DNA of 64,000 bases from NCBI GenBank assembly GCA_018651345.1, contig JABIEF010000071.1:500-64499 (forward strand). Reading direction: 5' to 3'. Position 1 is the first letter of the stretch. Every line of letters begins with the position of its first letter. A program made the translations under genes and the position numbers. The notes under the pieces are model-generated. The model was not told the DNA's origin. It saw only the letters and a list, made by a program, of their open reading frames with translations, and ran no database searches. Below are positions 39,797 to 50,960 of this stretch, in pieces. The DNA comes from Rhodobiaceae bacterium. Its GTDB lineage: Bacteria > Pseudomonadota > Alphaproteobacteria > Rhizobiales > TMED25.

Positions 39797-40246
39797 ATGC
39801 GTTTAAAGAAATTTGCAATTCTATTAATTATATCTTTATCTTGCTCTTGTTCATCTCAGATTATCAATAGGGGATATGTAGCAGACAAAGGTGTTTTTGA
39901 GCAAATAAATATCGGAATGAAAAAGAATAGTGTCAAAAATATAATGGGTTCTCCATCTTATATCACAACTATCAATGGAGAGACTTATTATTACCTTTCT
40001 AGTAAATTTGAAAAAAATGGATTCATGTCCCCCAAAGAAATCGAAAGAAATATTTTTAGCATTCAATTTGATGATAACGAAGTTATACAAAATATTTATA
40101 ATTACGGTCTTAATGACGGAAAAGTCTTTGACTATATAAATAGAAGAACTATATCGAGAGGAACTGAGCTAACTTTACTTCAAGATCTATTTGATGATGT
40201 TGGAAGATATACTAACGCTGAATCATTAGGTAAAGGAGCATTTTAA
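39797..40246 (+). CDS. bamE: outer membrane lipoprotein BamE (SmpA/OmlA family)
   Basis: Has a lipoprotein signal with lipobox LSC (LLIISLSCSCSS) and the SmpA/OmlA core GYVADKGVFEQINIGMKKNSVKNIMGSPS. Confidence 0.7.
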   Translation: MRLKKFAILLIISLSCSCSSQIINRGYVADKGVFEQINIGMKKNSVKNIMGSPSYITTINGETYYYLSSKFEKNGFMSPKEIERNIFSIQFDDNEVIQNIYNYGLNDGKVFDYINRRTISRGTELTLLQDLFDDVGRYTNAESLGKGAF

Positions 40247-40282
40247 TTCTGCGTCACGAATTTTATGTGACGCAGAATTAAA
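40242..40282. terminator. G/C-containing hairpin between convergent bamE and hppA (candidate intrinsic terminator)
   Basis: The arms TTTAATTCTGCGTCAC (40242-40257) and GTGACGCAGAATTAAA (40267-40282) form a 16-bp perfect stem with the 9-nt loop GAATTTTAT. The stem starts inside the bamE stop codon. A short TTT follows on the + strand, but there is no U-run for the minus-strand (hppA) direction. Confidence 0.6.
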
Positions 40283-40297
40283 TTTAACCAAAAAATA

Positions 40298-42415
40298 CTA
40301 ATGAGCTAATATCGCTAAAAGCAATAAAGCAACAATATTGGTAATTTTTATCATAGGATTAATAGCTGGTCCAGCTGTATCCTTGTATGGATCTCCTACT
40401 GTATCACCAGTAATTGAAGCTTTATGAGCTTCTGATCCTTTGCCACCAAACTTACCATCTTCAATTAGTTTCTTAGCATTATCCCAAGCTCCACCTCCTG
40501 CAGTCATTGATATGGCAAGAAATAGTCCAGTTACAATAGTTCCAAGTAACATAGCTCCTAAAGTTGAAAAAGCAGCAGCCTTTCCATCTATAGCATTAAT
40601 TATAAAGAAACATAAGATCGGGGTTAAAACTGGAAGCATTGAAGGTATAACCATTTCTTTAATAGCAGATTTTGTAAGCATATCAACAGCTCTTGCATAA
40701 TCTGGCTTAGAAGTTCCTTTTAATATTCCTGGGTCAGCTTTAAATTGTCTTCTTACTTCTTCAACAACAGATCCCGCTGCTCTACCTACCGCAGTCATTC
40801 CCATAGAAGCAAATAAATACGGCATTAATCCTCCAAGCAAAAGACCAACAACTACATATGGATTGGATAAAGCAAAATCAACTTGAACGCCCTCAAAATA
40901 AGGGTATTTATCTGAATTGGTTGTAAAGAAATTTAAGTCTTCAGTATAAGCTGCAAATAAAACTAAAGCTCCAAGTCCTGCTGATCCGATAGCATAACCT
41001 TTGGTAACCGCTTTTGTTGTATTGCCTACCGCATCAAGTGCATCGGTAGTATCCCTAACTTCCTGTGGTAGATCTGCCATTTCAGCAATACCACCAGCAT
41101 TATCCGTAACTGGACCAAAAGCATCAAGAGCAACAACAACACCGGCAACGGCTAACATTGTAGTAACAGCTATTGCAATTCCAAATAAGCCTGCAAGAGA
41201 GTATGTAACAATTATTCCAGCCATTATAACCAACGAAGGCAATGCAGTTGCTTCTAGTGACATAGCAAGCCCTTGAATAACGTTTGTTCCGTGACCGGTT
41301 TGAGATGCCGCGGCAACAGATTGAACTGGCCTATAATTTGTGCCTGTATAATATTCGGTAATAACTATAATTAAAGTTGTTACTATTAAACCACTTACAC
41401 CACAAAGAAATAAACTCATTCCGTTAAAAGAACCACTCGGGGTTGATATAGCTGTTTCCATTCCTATCATGTATTCTGTAATAGGATAAAGAACTACAAG
41501 AGATAAAATACCAGTAACAAAGAAACCTTTATACAAGGCTCCCATTATCGATTGACTTTTACCTAATTTAACAAAGAAAGTTCCTATTACGGATGTTAAA
41601 ATACAACCAGCACCAATTGTTAATGGATACAACATTATAGCTTCACCATACGTAGCAGTTGAAAAATAAATAGATGCCAAAACCATTGTTGCAACTACTG
41701 ATACAGCATATGTTTCAAATAAATCGGCCGCCATTCCAGCGCAATCTCCCACGTTATCACCCACGTTATCAGCAATAGTAGCTGGATTTCTAGGATCATC
41801 TTCAGGAATTCCTGCTTCTACTTTACCAACTAAATCTCCACCAACATCGGCACCTTTTGTAAATATTCCACCACCAAGACGGGCAAATATAGATATCAAA
41901 GAAGCACCAAAACCTAATGCAACTAATGCATCAACAATAATTCTATCGTCAAAAGAAATACCCATAAATTTTGTTAAAAAAGCATAATATAAGCTAACGG
42001 ACAATAAAGCTAATCCGGCAACTAACATTCCTGTTACAGATCCAGATTTAAAAGCGATAGAGAGACCATCACCCAGGCTAACACTTGCGGCATGAGCTGT
42101 TCTAACATTAGCTCTAACAGAAACCAGCATTCCAATAAAACCTGCTATCCCTGATAAAATAGCCCCTATTGCAAATCCTACTGCCACAATTATCCCTAGA
42201 AGGTAAGCAAGAAGTACAAAAATCACTACACCAACAATTGCTATTGTGGAGTATTGTCTCTTTAAGTAAGCACCCGCACCTTCTTGAATTGCTTTGGCAA
42301 TTTCTTGCATTTTATCATTACCTGCACTAGCTGCCATTATAGACTTACTAGCCCACGCTCCATAGAGTATACCAAATACTCCACATAATATTACTATCCA
42401 AATTATTGAGCTCAT
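40298..42415 (-). CDS. hppA: membrane-bound H+-translocating pyrophosphatase
   Basis: It is 705 aa, polytopic, with signature motifs [36 protein letters not shown] and [18 protein letters not shown]. Confidence 0.96.
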   Translation of the reverse strand: MSSIIWIVILCGVFGILYGAWASKSIMAASAGNDKMQEIAKAIQEGAGAYLKRQYSTIAIVGVVIFVLLAYLLGIIVAVGFAIGAILSGIAGFIGMLVSVRANVRTAHAASVSLGDGLSIAFKSGSVTGMLVAGLALLSVSLYYAFLTKFMGISFDDRIIVDALVALGFGASLISIFARLGGGIFTKGADVGGDLVGKVEAGIPEDDPRNPATIADNVGDNVGDCAGMAADLFETYAVSVVATMVLASIYFSTATYGEAIMLYPLTIGAGCILTSVIGTFFVKLGKSQSIMGALYKGFFVTGILSLVVLYPITEYMIGMETAISTPSGSFNGMSLFLCGVSGLIVTTLIIVITEYYTGTNYRPVQSVAAASQTGHGTNVIQGLAMSLEATALPSLVIMAGIIVTYSLAGLFGIAIAVTTMLAVAGVVVALDAFGPVTDNAGGIAEMADLPQEVRDTTDALDAVGNTTKAVTKGYAIGSAGLGALVLFAAYTEDLNFFTTNSDKYPYFEGVQVDFALSNPYVVVGLLLGGLMPYLFASMGMTAVGRAAGSVVEEVRRQFKADPGILKGTSKPDYARAVDMLTKSAIKEMVIPSMLPVLTPILCFFIINAIDGKAAAFSTLGAMLLGTIVTGLFLAISMTAGGGAWDNAKKLIEDGKFGGKGSEAHKASITGDTVGDPYKDTAGPAINPMIKITNIVALLLLAILAH

Positions 42416-42632
42416 TTTATTTTTCCTATTTTTAAAAAAATTATGGTAAACGAAAAAGAATTAATCTAAAAAATATAATTTTCTAGATTTTAAATATATT
42501 ATTTAGAACAATTGACAAAATATTGCACTAATTTAATTACATTTTAACAAGAATTAATTTTTCACTGCACATACAGTTACTATTAAACAAATATTAATTC
42601 AAAAAAATAACATCACAAGAGATTACTTAAGG

Positions 42633-43610
42633 TTAGAAATGCTTAAACCTTTCCTTGCTATCAATCATTGATTTACCAAACTCATCGAATAGTTCATTTT
42701 CACCAATTGTTTTAATTATAGAGCCAATATTGGTAACAATTAGATTGTTGCTGCAACAATAAGATTCTAATTCTTTAATTTTATCTACAGGTACAGTAAA
42801 TAATACCTGATAATCATCCCCTGCATTAATCGCCTTTTGAAATAAAAATGTATGATTATTGATTAATTCATTGGCAGGAAGAGAAACTGGTATCTTTTTT
42901 AAATTAATTTTTGCTGACACAGAAGATGATTTTATTAAAAGTTTTATATCGCCTAACAAACCATCGGACACATCCATAGAACTTGTAGCAAAATCATTTA
43001 TAACCCTAATCATATCTATTGGGGGATCCGGAAGGTAATAACTATCAATTAAGTAATTTTTTGATATTGCGCTCAAATTAGAAGCTAAAGATACGTCATC
43101 TAAAATCGATAAACCTAGGGCGCTATCTCCAATACAGCCTGATACATAAAGGTTGTCGTTAATATTTGCACCGGATCTTCTAACCATCTTATTTTTTGGA
43201 ATGAGCCCAACCATGTTGATAGTTATATGTATGTCATTTGGAGAAGAGACAGTATCCCCGCCTAATAGAGATATACTATATTTTTCCTGATCATCTTTTA
43301 AACCAGAGGCAAATAATTCTAACCAATGTGTATTAATGTTTTTTGGAATGCCGATAGATAAGAAATATACATAAGGGGTTGCTCCTTTTGCTATCAAATC
43401 AGATACATTAACTCTAATAGCTTTCTTGGCAATATTATATGGTGAGTCATGTGAGTGGAAATGCACACCACTAATTAAAGTATCTTGAGTAATAATAGAA
43501 TCTTTATTTTTGTCAGCCGCCAAGAAAGCTGCATCGTCATCCAAATTTAGAGCCCCTGGATTTGTTGCAAGATTAACGAATAAATTTTTTATTATCTTTC
43601 TTTCGTCCAT
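42633..43610 (-). CDS. thiL: thiamine-monophosphate kinase
   Basis: Has the AIR-synthase-related fold with LNLDDDAAFL ... TQDTLISGVHF N-terminal pattern. nusB-thiL adjacency is conserved. Confidence 0.85.
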   Translation of the reverse strand: MDERKIIKNLFVNLATNPGALNLDDDAAFLAADKNKDSIITQDTLISGVHFHSHDSPYNIAKKAIRVNVSDLIAKGATPYVYFLSIGIPKNINTHWLELFASGLKDDQEKYSISLLGGDTVSSPNDIHITINMVGLIPKNKMVRRSGANINDNLYVSGCIGDSALGLSILDDVSLASNLSAISKNYLIDSYYLPDPPIDMIRVINDFATSSMDVSDGLLGDIKLLIKSSSVSAKINLKKIPVSLPANELINNHTFLFQKAINAGDDYQVLFTVPVDKIKELESYCCSNNLIVTNIGSIIKTIGENELFDEFGKSMIDSKERFKHF

Positions 43611-43630
43611 TGTAATGTCTTTGACTAATT

Positions 43631-44089
43631 CTAAATTACTCTTTTAAATTTATTAGCTATACTATCCAAGACGCCATTAACTAAATCTGGCTCTTTCTGA
43701 TCGTAAAAAGAATTTGTAATCTCTATATATTCATTGATTATGACTTTAAATGGTACATCTAGTCTGTACATAAGCTCAAATGTAGCTGCCCTAAATATAG
43801 CCCTTAAAGTTATGTCTATTCTCGAAAGCTTCCAATCTTGAGGCAGATTGCTATCAATTTCTGGGTCTATCTTTTGTTGGGCTCTAACCACCCCTTCTAT
43901 CAAGTCATTAAAGAATACTTTATCTGCTGATTTTAATAAATTATTTTTTATATCATCTAAGACAACTCTGTCTGAAAAGTTATCTATTATTATCTTCTTA
44001 TCCGTTCCAGCAATATCCATTTGATATAAAGATTGCACTACTATTAATCTCGTTATGCTTCTTGATCTAATAGTGCTTCCCTTATTCAT
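43631..44089 (-). CDS. nusB: transcription antitermination factor NusB
   Basis: RSRSITRLIVVQSLYQMD matches the NusB N-terminus. ATG 44089 gives an ATGA overlap with the ribH stop; the alternative upstream ATG at 44122 would overlap ribH by 37 nt. Confidence 0.9.
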   Translation of the reverse strand: MNKGSTIRSRSITRLIVVQSLYQMDIAGTDKKIIIDNFSDRVVLDDIKNNLLKSADKVFFNDLIEGVVRAQQKIDPEIDSNLPQDWKLSRIDITLRAIFRAATFELMYRLDVPFKVIINEYIEITNSFYDQKEPDLVNGVLDSIANKFKRVI

Positions 44090-44508
44090 AATATCGCTTT
44101 TAGATTTATCAAATTTAAACATGCCTGAGCAGCATCTCCACCTTTATTGCGACCCTTATGGTGTGCCCTAACCTTTGCTTGCTCCATAGAATCTACCGTA
44201 AGTATTGCGTTTCCTATTGGAATATTATTGTTAATCGCCAAGCTCATAATAGACCTAGCAGATTCAACACTTACGATTTCATAATGTGAAGTTTCACCTC
44301 TAATAACGCAACCTAATGCAATAACGCCATCGAATTTCATCTTACTATTTATTGCAAACGCAATAGCTTGGGGAATTTCTAAAGCACCAGAAACGATAAC
44401 ATGTTTGTATTGAACCTTTTTTTCTTCTAATTCTTTTTTTGCACCTAACAACAATTCATCCGAAATAGATTTGTAATACGGTGATTCAACGATTAAAACA
44501 TAACTCAT
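44086..44508 (-). CDS. ribH: 6,7-dimethyl-8-ribityllumazine synthase
   Basis: It is 140 aa, with VSGALEIPQAIAF and GCVIRGETSHYEIV motifs. Confidence 0.93.
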   Translation of the reverse strand: MSYVLIVESPYYKSISDELLLGAKKELEEKKVQYKHVIVSGALEIPQAIAFAINSKMKFDGVIALGCVIRGETSHYEIVSVESARSIMSLAINNNIPIGNAILTVDSMEQAKVRAHHKGRNKGGDAAQACLNLINLKAIL

Positions 44509-45113
44509 TATTTTTCCAGCTTAATTAATTGTTTTCTTATATATCTAGCATACATATCTACTTCTATATTTACAAAGTCATTTATACATTTCTCATTCCA
44601 AGTGGTAACATCTTTAGTATACGGTATAATACTAACACCAAATTCTCTTTCACTAACCTCATTGACAGTCAAAGATGTTCCGTCTAAAGAAACGGATCCC
44701 TTTGGGACAATAAAATTATCCAAGTAATCACTTAATTCAAAATAAAACCTTGTTGATTCGTAGTCTTGAATAACTTTAGTTATCTTAACAGTAGTATCAA
44801 CATGGCCCTGAACCATATGCCCTGCAATTTCATCTCCCATACACAAAGATCTTTCTAGGTTGATTCTAAAACCATTTCTATATGTTTTTAAAGTTGTTTT
44901 TGATAAAGTTTCAGGAGAAACATAAACATCAAATATAAAACCATCCGAAACCTTGTTAATATCAGTAGCTGTTAGGCATACGCCTGCGCAGGAAATAGAT
45001 GATCCAATAACGATATCAGTTATATTTTTTGTAAAAATACTCATTTTTTGTTGGTGATTTTCAGAAAAAATATCTTTAATTATACCTGCTTCATTCACTA
45101 TTCCACTAAACAT
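44508..45113 (-). CDS. ribE: riboflavin synthase (alpha chain)
   Basis: Has the N-terminus MFSGIVNEAGII and an internal duplication with GSVSLDGTSLTV; 201 aa. It has a 1-nt TAATG overlap with ribH. Confidence 0.92.
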   Translation of the reverse strand: MFSGIVNEAGIIKDIFSENHQQKMSIFTKNITDIVIGSSISCAGVCLTATDINKVSDGFIFDVYVSPETLSKTTLKTYRNGFRINLERSLCMGDEIAGHMVQGHVDTTVKITKVIQDYESTRFYFELSDYLDNFIVPKGSVSLDGTSLTVNEVSEREFGVSIIPYTKDVTTWNEKCINDFVNIEVDMYARYIRKQLIKLEK

Positions 45114-45115
45114 AG

Positions 45116-46246
45116 CTAAACTTTCGATTTATTGTAGTAATATACCTTATCGTTTCCAAAACACTTTACAGAAAATTTTTGGAATAAATTATTTACAATT
45201 TTATTATCAATTTTAGTAATATTATCTAGACTAACACCACTATCTCCAATTATTTTATCACTTTTAAACAAGTACATATCGTCAACTAGATTCAATTTAA
45301 ACATACTATCTACTAAGGATGCTCCGCCTTCTACGAGAATATTATTTATACCGAAACTCGCTAATTTATTAAAAATTTTATCTAAATCAAATTGATGATT
45401 TTGATTTGTAATCATTTTTATAACTTTTGCACCCTTTTTATTAAGATTATTAAAAGTTTTATTTTCTATCTCATTGCTAACAAAAACCCACAAAGGAGCT
45501 TTTTCAATCTCTTTAAATAATCCTGTTGAATTTATAATATCACCTCTCGATGAGAGGGCAATTCTTATTGGAGAATAATCACTTAACCCAGATAATCTTA
45601 CAGTTAAATTAGGGTTATCGTTCCTGTAGGTATTGCTGCCGATTAATATTGCGTCATATTTTGATCTTAATACATGCGTATATACATCGGATTCTGCATT
45701 AGTAATCTTTACTCTTTTCGCTTTATGTTTTCCTATTTTCATATCAGAGGAGAAGGCTAATTTAATTGAAATCCATGGCCTAGAATTTTGCATGTTTGTT
45801 ATAAAGCCTTTCTGTATCTCTTCAGCTTCCCTTTCCAAGCAACCATGAATAACCTCTATCCCATTTTCCTTTAATAACGCGTATCCGCTTCCGTTAACTT
45901 TAGGGTTAGGATCCTTCATTGCAGAAACAACTTTTTTTACATTAGAGGAGATTAAACTTTTAACACATGGACCAGTAACGCCAAAATGAGAACAAGGCTC
46001 CAAGGTTACATAAACAGTTGAACCAACGGATAATGCACCTGCTTGCTTCAATGCAACAATCTCTGCGTGAGGACGACCTCCCATTTGAGTCCATCCTGTA
46101 CCGACGATAATAGGATTACCAGAGACCCCTGTCCCATTCGTTATTACACAGCCAACAGATGGGTTTGGCCATACTTTTCCTTCATTTCTTTTCGATAAAG
46201 ATAACGCAATTCGCATATATTTTTCATCTATCAAATTGTTTGGCAT
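45116..46246 (-). CDS. ribD: bifunctional riboflavin biosynthesis deaminase/reductase
   Basis: Has the deaminase zinc motifs HAEIVAL and PCSHFGVTGPC, followed by a reductase domain. Confidence 0.92.
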   Translation of the reverse strand: MPNNLIDEKYMRIALSLSKRNEGKVWPNPSVGCVITNGTGVSGNPIIVGTGWTQMGGRPHAEIVALKQAGALSVGSTVYVTLEPCSHFGVTGPCVKSLISSNVKKVVSAMKDPNPKVNGSGYALLKENGIEVIHGCLEREAEEIQKGFITNMQNSRPWISIKLAFSSDMKIGKHKAKRVKITNAESDVYTHVLRSKYDAILIGSNTYRNDNPNLTVRLSGLSDYSPIRIALSSRGDIINSTGLFKEIEKAPLWVFVSNEIENKTFNNLNKKGAKVIKMITNQNHQFDLDKIFNKLASFGINNILVEGGASLVDSMFKLNLVDDMYLFKSDKIIGDSGVSLDNITKIDNKIVNNLFQKFSVKCFGNDKVYYYNKSKV

Positions 46247-46321
46247 TATCTTAGGTTCCTAATTTAACAAATATTATATATTTTATATTATGAACACAGA
46301 GTTTATATTCAAGGAAATAAA

Positions 46322-46783
46322 TTAGTCGGAAGAATTATCAGAAAATTCTTCAATAAATTCTTCAAAATCTTTTACTTCACGAAAATTCTTATATACAGAT
46401 GCAAATCTCACATAAGCGATATCATCAAGTTGTCTAAGACCTTCCATTACAAGTCGCCCGATTACATCCGAATGGACATCTGATTCTCCTGCATTCTCCA
46501 ATTGCCTAACAATACCGGTTACCATTTTCTCAAGATGATCATTCTCAACAGGCCTTTTTCTAACAGCAACTTGAATTGACCTAATTAATTTATCTCTATC
46601 AAACGGAATTGTTCTACCGTTTCTTTTTATTACCGATAATTCTCTTAGTTGAATACGTTCAAATGTTGTGAATCTCCCCCCACATCCAGGGCAAGATCTT
46701 CTTCTGCGAATGGATGAATTATCTTCTGTAGGCCTGGAATCCTTTACCTGGGTATCAATATTAGTGCAATAAGGACAACGCAT
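46322..46783 (-). CDS. nrdR: transcriptional repressor NrdR
   Basis: Has the zinc ribbon MRCPYC...[13 protein letters not shown] followed by an ATP-cone; 153 aa. Confidence 0.95.
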   Translation of the reverse strand: MRCPYCTNIDTQVKDSRPTEDNSSIRRRRSCPGCGGRFTTFERIQLRELSVIKRNGRTIPFDRDKLIRSIQVAVRKRPVENDHLEKMVTGIVRQLENAGESDVHSDVIGRLVMEGLRQLDDIAYVRFASVYKNFREVKDFEEFIEEFSDNSSD

Positions 46784-46802
46784 TTTTTTACCTATTATAA
46801 AA

Positions 46803-48098
46803 TTAAGTTATATATATCGGAAATAACTTACATAACTCTCTAACTTCTTCAGAAACTTCATTTTCTACTTTGTGATTATTCTCTCCATTTTCAGCCAAAC
46901 CATCTAATACATCACCGATCATATGGCCAACCTTCTCAAACTCACCTGCGCCAAATCCCCTAGTGGTTGCAGCGGGCGTCCCTAATCTAATGCCAGAAGT
47001 TACAAAAGGTGTCTCTGGATCAAAAGGAATACCGTTTTTATTACAAGTAATACCAGCTCTCTCTAATGCCTTTTCCGCTACCTTTCCTGTTAATTTTTTT
47101 GGCCTCAAATCTATTAAAGAAAGATGGGTATCAGTTCCTCCCGAAACAATATCATAGCCTCTTTCTTTTATCGTTTTTGCTAATACGACTGAATTTTTAA
47201 CAACAGAACTTGCATAATCCTTGAATTCGGGCTGCAAGGCCTCTAGAAAAGCAATAGCTTTAGCTGCTATAACGTGGCACAAAGGCCCCCCTTGCAAACC
47301 AGGAAAAATAGCAGAGTTAATCTTTTTTGATATTTCTTCGCTATTAGTAAGTATAGCTCCACCTCTTGGCCCCCTAAGGACCTTATGCGTCGTGGTAGTT
47401 ACAATATCAGCATAAGGGAATGGACTTGGATAAGCTCCACCTGCAACCAATCCTGAAAAATGTGCCATATCAACCAATAAATATGCGCCAACACTATCTG
47501 CTATTTGACGGAATCTTGCAAAATCAATAATTCTTGGATAAGCAGATCCTCCTGCAATTATAATTTTTGGTTTTTTTTCATAAGCTAAATTTTGAATTTC
47601 ATCAAAATCAATTAAATGGTCATCTGCCCTGACCCCGTATTGAACTGATTCAAACCACTTGCCAGATAAATTAGGCTTCGCTCCATGAGTAAGATGACCT
47701 CCTGCAGCTAGACTCATACCCATAACAACATCACCCGGATAAAGCAAAGCAAGCATTACAGCCTGATTAGCCTGAGATCCAGAATGCGGTTGAACATTAG
47801 CAAAATCACAATTAAATAATTCTTTCGCTCTTTCGATTGCCAGTGTTTCTGACTGATCAACATACACACAACCACCATAATATCTTCTGTTAGGGTAACC
47901 TTCTGCATATTTATTTGTTAAAACAGAACCTTGTGCTTCAAGAACAGCTTTTGAAACAATATTCTCAGATGCAATGAGCTCGATACCATCTTGCTGTCTG
48001 CGCAATTCCATATTAATTATTTTTGATAATTCAGGATCTGTATCATTTACTGAATTACTAAAAAAACTATCATATTTTTTTATCTTATCGGCCATCAA
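46803..48098 (-). CDS. glyA: serine hydroxymethyltransferase
   Basis: Carries [30 protein letters not shown] and PLP-lysine motif [14 protein letters not shown]. Confidence 0.97.
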   Translation of the reverse strand: MMADKIKKYDSFFSNSVNDTDPELSKIINMELRRQQDGIELIASENIVSKAVLEAQGSVLTNKYAEGYPNRRYYGGCVYVDQSETLAIERAKELFNCDFANVQPHSGSQANQAVMLALLYPGDVVMGMSLAAGGHLTHGAKPNLSGKWFESVQYGVRADDHLIDFDEIQNLAYEKKPKIIIAGGSAYPRIIDFARFRQIADSVGAYLLVDMAHFSGLVAGGAYPSPFPYADIVTTTTHKVLRGPRGGAILTNSEEISKKINSAIFPGLQGGPLCHVIAAKAIAFLEALQPEFKDYASSVVKNSVVLAKTIKERGYDIVSGGTDTHLSLIDLRPKKLTGKVAEKALERAGITCNKNGIPFDPETPFVTSGIRLGTPAATTRGFGAGEFEKVGHMIGDVLDGLAENGENNHKVENEVSEEVRELCKLFPIYIT

Positions 48099-48172
48099 AA
48101 CTCCTTTAATTATGATAAATTAAACTTTTATAACTGTTAAGTAATATTTTAAAAAAATATACAAAATAAATT

Positions 48173-49390
48173 TTATGCTGCCCTTGATAGATCCATTAAT
48201 TCCCATAATGAATTGAGAGATTTAACAAGAAAATCCATATCTTCTCTCGTATGAGAGGGGTTAGGGGTTATTCTCAATCTTTCAGTTCCCTTAGGAACAG
48301 TTGGGTAGTTAATAGGTTGAACATATATAGAATACAATTCTAATAATTGATCCGTAACTTTTTTAGTTAAAACAGGATCACCAATTAACAATGGTATAAT
48401 GTGACTATTATTTTTAATAACAGGTAATTCATTAGAAATTAGAGACTGCTTTAAGTACGATACATTTGCATGCATTATTTCTCTCTCTATTTTGCTATAT
48501 TTTAAATGTTTAACACTCTCTATCGCCCCTGCAACCAGTGCCGGTGGGAGTGAGGTTGTAAAAATAAAACCAGGAGCATAAGACCTAATTGCATCAACTA
48601 TGTTAGCTTTTGCAGATATATACCCCCCTACCAATCCATATCCCTTTGCTAGAGTTCCTTCTATAATATCCAAACGAGATAATTGGTTTTCTTTTTCAGC
48701 TATACCGCCACCATGGTTTCCATACAACCCTACCGCATGCACTTCGTCAATATAAGTTAGGGCATTGTATTCATCTGCTAAATCACATATTTCTTTAATT
48801 GGAGCAATATCTCCATCCATTGAATAAACAGATTCAAAAACAATAATTTTTGGAATATCTTCTCCTAATTCAGATAATTTTAACCGCAGATCAATCAAAT
48901 CATTATGCTTAAATACAACTTTTCTAGCCCTACCATTTCTAATTCCTGCAATCATTGAAGCGTGATTATTTTCATCAGAGAGTATAACTAAACCAGGTAT
49001 TAATTTTGAAAGTGTTGATAATGCAGCCTCATTAGCAACATATCCAGATGTAAAAAGTAACGAAGATTCTTTTTGATGAAGTAACGATAACTCTTTCTCT
49101 AATTCTACATGATAGTGCGTTGTACCAGATATATTTCTTGTTCCACCAGAACCAGCTCCCACTAAATACAAAGCTTTCTCGATTCCTTTGAGTACTTTTA
49201 AATTTTGCCCCATACCGAGATAGTCATTGGAGCACCATACGGTTATTTCTTTTTTATCTTTGCTGTTATGTAAAGTAGCTTTTGGAAAATTACCAGCCAA
49301 ACGCGTGATATCAGCAAAAGTTCTATATCTTCCTTCAGCTTTTATTGAAGATAGAGCTAATTCTATTGCAGAATTATAATTGATAGCCAT
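48173..49390 (-). CDS. hemA: 5-aminolevulinate synthase
   Basis: Carries the ALAS-type motifs [20 protein letters not shown] and [16 protein letters not shown] 49390 ([10 protein letters not shown]...) is preferred to TTG 49405. Confidence 0.92.
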   Translation of the reverse strand: MAINYNSAIELALSSIKAEGRYRTFADITRLAGNFPKATLHNSKDKKEITVWCSNDYLGMGQNLKVLKGIEKALYLVGAGSGGTRNISGTTHYHVELEKELSLLHQKESSLLFTSGYVANEAALSTLSKLIPGLVILSDENNHASMIAGIRNGRARKVVFKHNDLIDLRLKLSELGEDIPKIIVFESVYSMDGDIAPIKEICDLADEYNALTYIDEVHAVGLYGNHGGGIAEKENQLSRLDIIEGTLAKGYGLVGGYISAKANIVDAIRSYAPGFIFTTSLPPALVAGAIESVKHLKYSKIEREIMHANVSYLKQSLISNELPVIKNNSHIIPLLIGDPVLTKKVTDQLLELYSIYVQPINYPTVPKGTERLRITPNPSHTREDMDFLVKSLNSLWELMDLSRAA

Positions 49391-49514
49391 GTTAAAAAAA
49401 TCCAATTAATATATAATTAATATAACTAATATCTCCTAACTAAAATTACAAACATTTTAATTATATTTAACAGATTTTCATCTTAATTAATTATGTAGAA
49501 ACCATTAAATATTA

Positions 49515-50852
49515 TCAAGCATCCAAGCCAATCATATCCTTTTTATATATGTCCCTCCTAAAATGAACCAAACCACTCTTTTCAGCCCAGGCAGTTAAAT
49601 AAGTTATGCGTATTTGCATCTGATCTTTAAGGGAAACATTTGCGGTGTTTTGTTTTTGTATAATATTATTTAATTTTTCCATATCCCAATTATCTTGTTC
49701 GGCTAAGATCCAAATTATCAAATCATCAATATTTTGTATCCTAACACAACCAGAACTATTGGCACGTAAGACATTATTAAATAATGATTTTTTTGGAGTA
49801 TCATGCAAGTAAACAGAGTGCTTATTATCAAAATTTATTTTAACAAAACCCATTGCATTCTGATCTCCAGGGTCTTGTCTGAATTTATAAACTGCAGGTT
49901 CTTCGGAATTCCAGTTTAAATATTTAGGATCAACTTCTATTTGATAGCTATAATCCTGAAAAATACGTATATTATTATTTTTCAAATAATCAGAATCTGC
50001 TAAAACAGCTTTTATTACGTCTTTCTTTATTATACTTTTTGGAATATGCCAATAAGGATAAAAATTAAACTCATAAATATTGCTATATATCAACGGAGTG
50101 GGTCTATCAATTTTTCCTACAATAACTTTTGAAAGCAAATCAATCCTTCCATCTTTTATTGCAAATAATTCAGCGCTTGGTATATTTACAATTATATGCT
50201 TATCTTTTAGTTCTGATATGGAATTTAAAATTCTCCACTTATTTCTATCGAGCTGAGAAAGTCTTTTATCTACAGAGACATTCATCGCTTTGAGGGTTTC
50301 TGTATTAATTTCACCGTTAGCAATTAATCCATGTCTTTTCTGAAAGTGAATTAAACCGTATTTTAAGAATATATCAAAAACTGAATCTAAGCCAATTCCT
50401 TGGATCATGTCCCCTGTTATGCTTAACCTTTTTTTTATATCAGGTATACTTTTATGAGTATCACCAAATTCAAACGTCAAATTTGGATTAGTATAAGGCC
50501 ATTCTCCGTTATTTTTTATAGACTGATATTTTTTTATTGCAGATATTAATGATAAATATCCATCATGTGTCAAAAAAGATCTCGGGTAATCTGAGGAAAT
50601 AGAATTACCAGAATCATAATCACTTTCCTCTAGTATATTGTTGTTATCTATAAAACTACTAAGAGCAGAATCTTCCGATAAGATTTTATTAAAATCTAGA
50701 TCAAAATTAGGATTATCACTAGATCTGTTAATAGAATTAAAGAAACTACTTATCACACCTTCGTTTTCGTTTGCCAATAGTGGATTTATAAAAGAAAATA
50801 AAGATATTAAAATAAATAAGAATAATATAATTAAAAAATTTATTCTTTTCAT
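49515..50852 (-). CDS. L,D-transpeptidase (YkuD domain) with peptidoglycan-binding domain
   Basis: Has the catalytic motif HSVYLHDTPKKSLFNNVLRANSSGCVRI and a PG-binding-like segment LIHFQKRHGLIANGEINTETLKAMN. ATG 50852 gives the signal peptide MKRINFLIILFLFILISLFSFINPLLA, so the 27-codon upstream extension is rejected. Confidence 0.85.
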   Translation of the reverse strand: MKRINFLIILFLFILISLFSFINPLLANENEGVISSFFNSINRSSDNPNFDLDFNKILSEDSALSSFIDNNNILEESDYDSGNSISSDYPRSFLTHDGYLSLISAIKKYQSIKNNGEWPYTNPNLTFEFGDTHKSIPDIKKRLSITGDMIQGIGLDSVFDIFLKYGLIHFQKRHGLIANGEINTETLKAMNVSVDKRLSQLDRNKWRILNSISELKDKHIIVNIPSAELFAIKDGRIDLLSKVIVGKIDRPTPLIYSNIYEFNFYPYWHIPKSIIKKDVIKAVLADSDYLKNNNIRIFQDYSYQIEVDPKYLNWNSEEPAVYKFRQDPGDQNAMGFVKINFDNKHSVYLHDTPKKSLFNNVLRANSSGCVRIQNIDDLIIWILAEQDNWDMEKLNNIIQKQNTANVSLKDQMQIRITYLTAWAEKSGLVHFRRDIYKKDMIGLDA

Positions 50853-50960
50853 ACTATTAATTAGGAACATGTTTTTCACAAAAACTTTTAAGTGCGATTG
50901 TGTCATTGACAATATATTATATTGTATTAACAAAACTTAATTATAATGATATACAATTCA

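Noticed and set aside
46247-48172. FMN, TPP or glycine riboswitches upstream of ribD, thiL or glyA.
   Set aside because: The relevant spacers are only 75, 20 and 74 nt and A/T-pure. That is too short and unstructured for these aptamers.
50941-50960. A Fur-box-like ATAATGATA segment upstream of hemB.
   Set aside because: Only one 9-nt half matches the 19-bp Fur consensus, and the second half diverges. This is expected by chance in AT-rich DNA.
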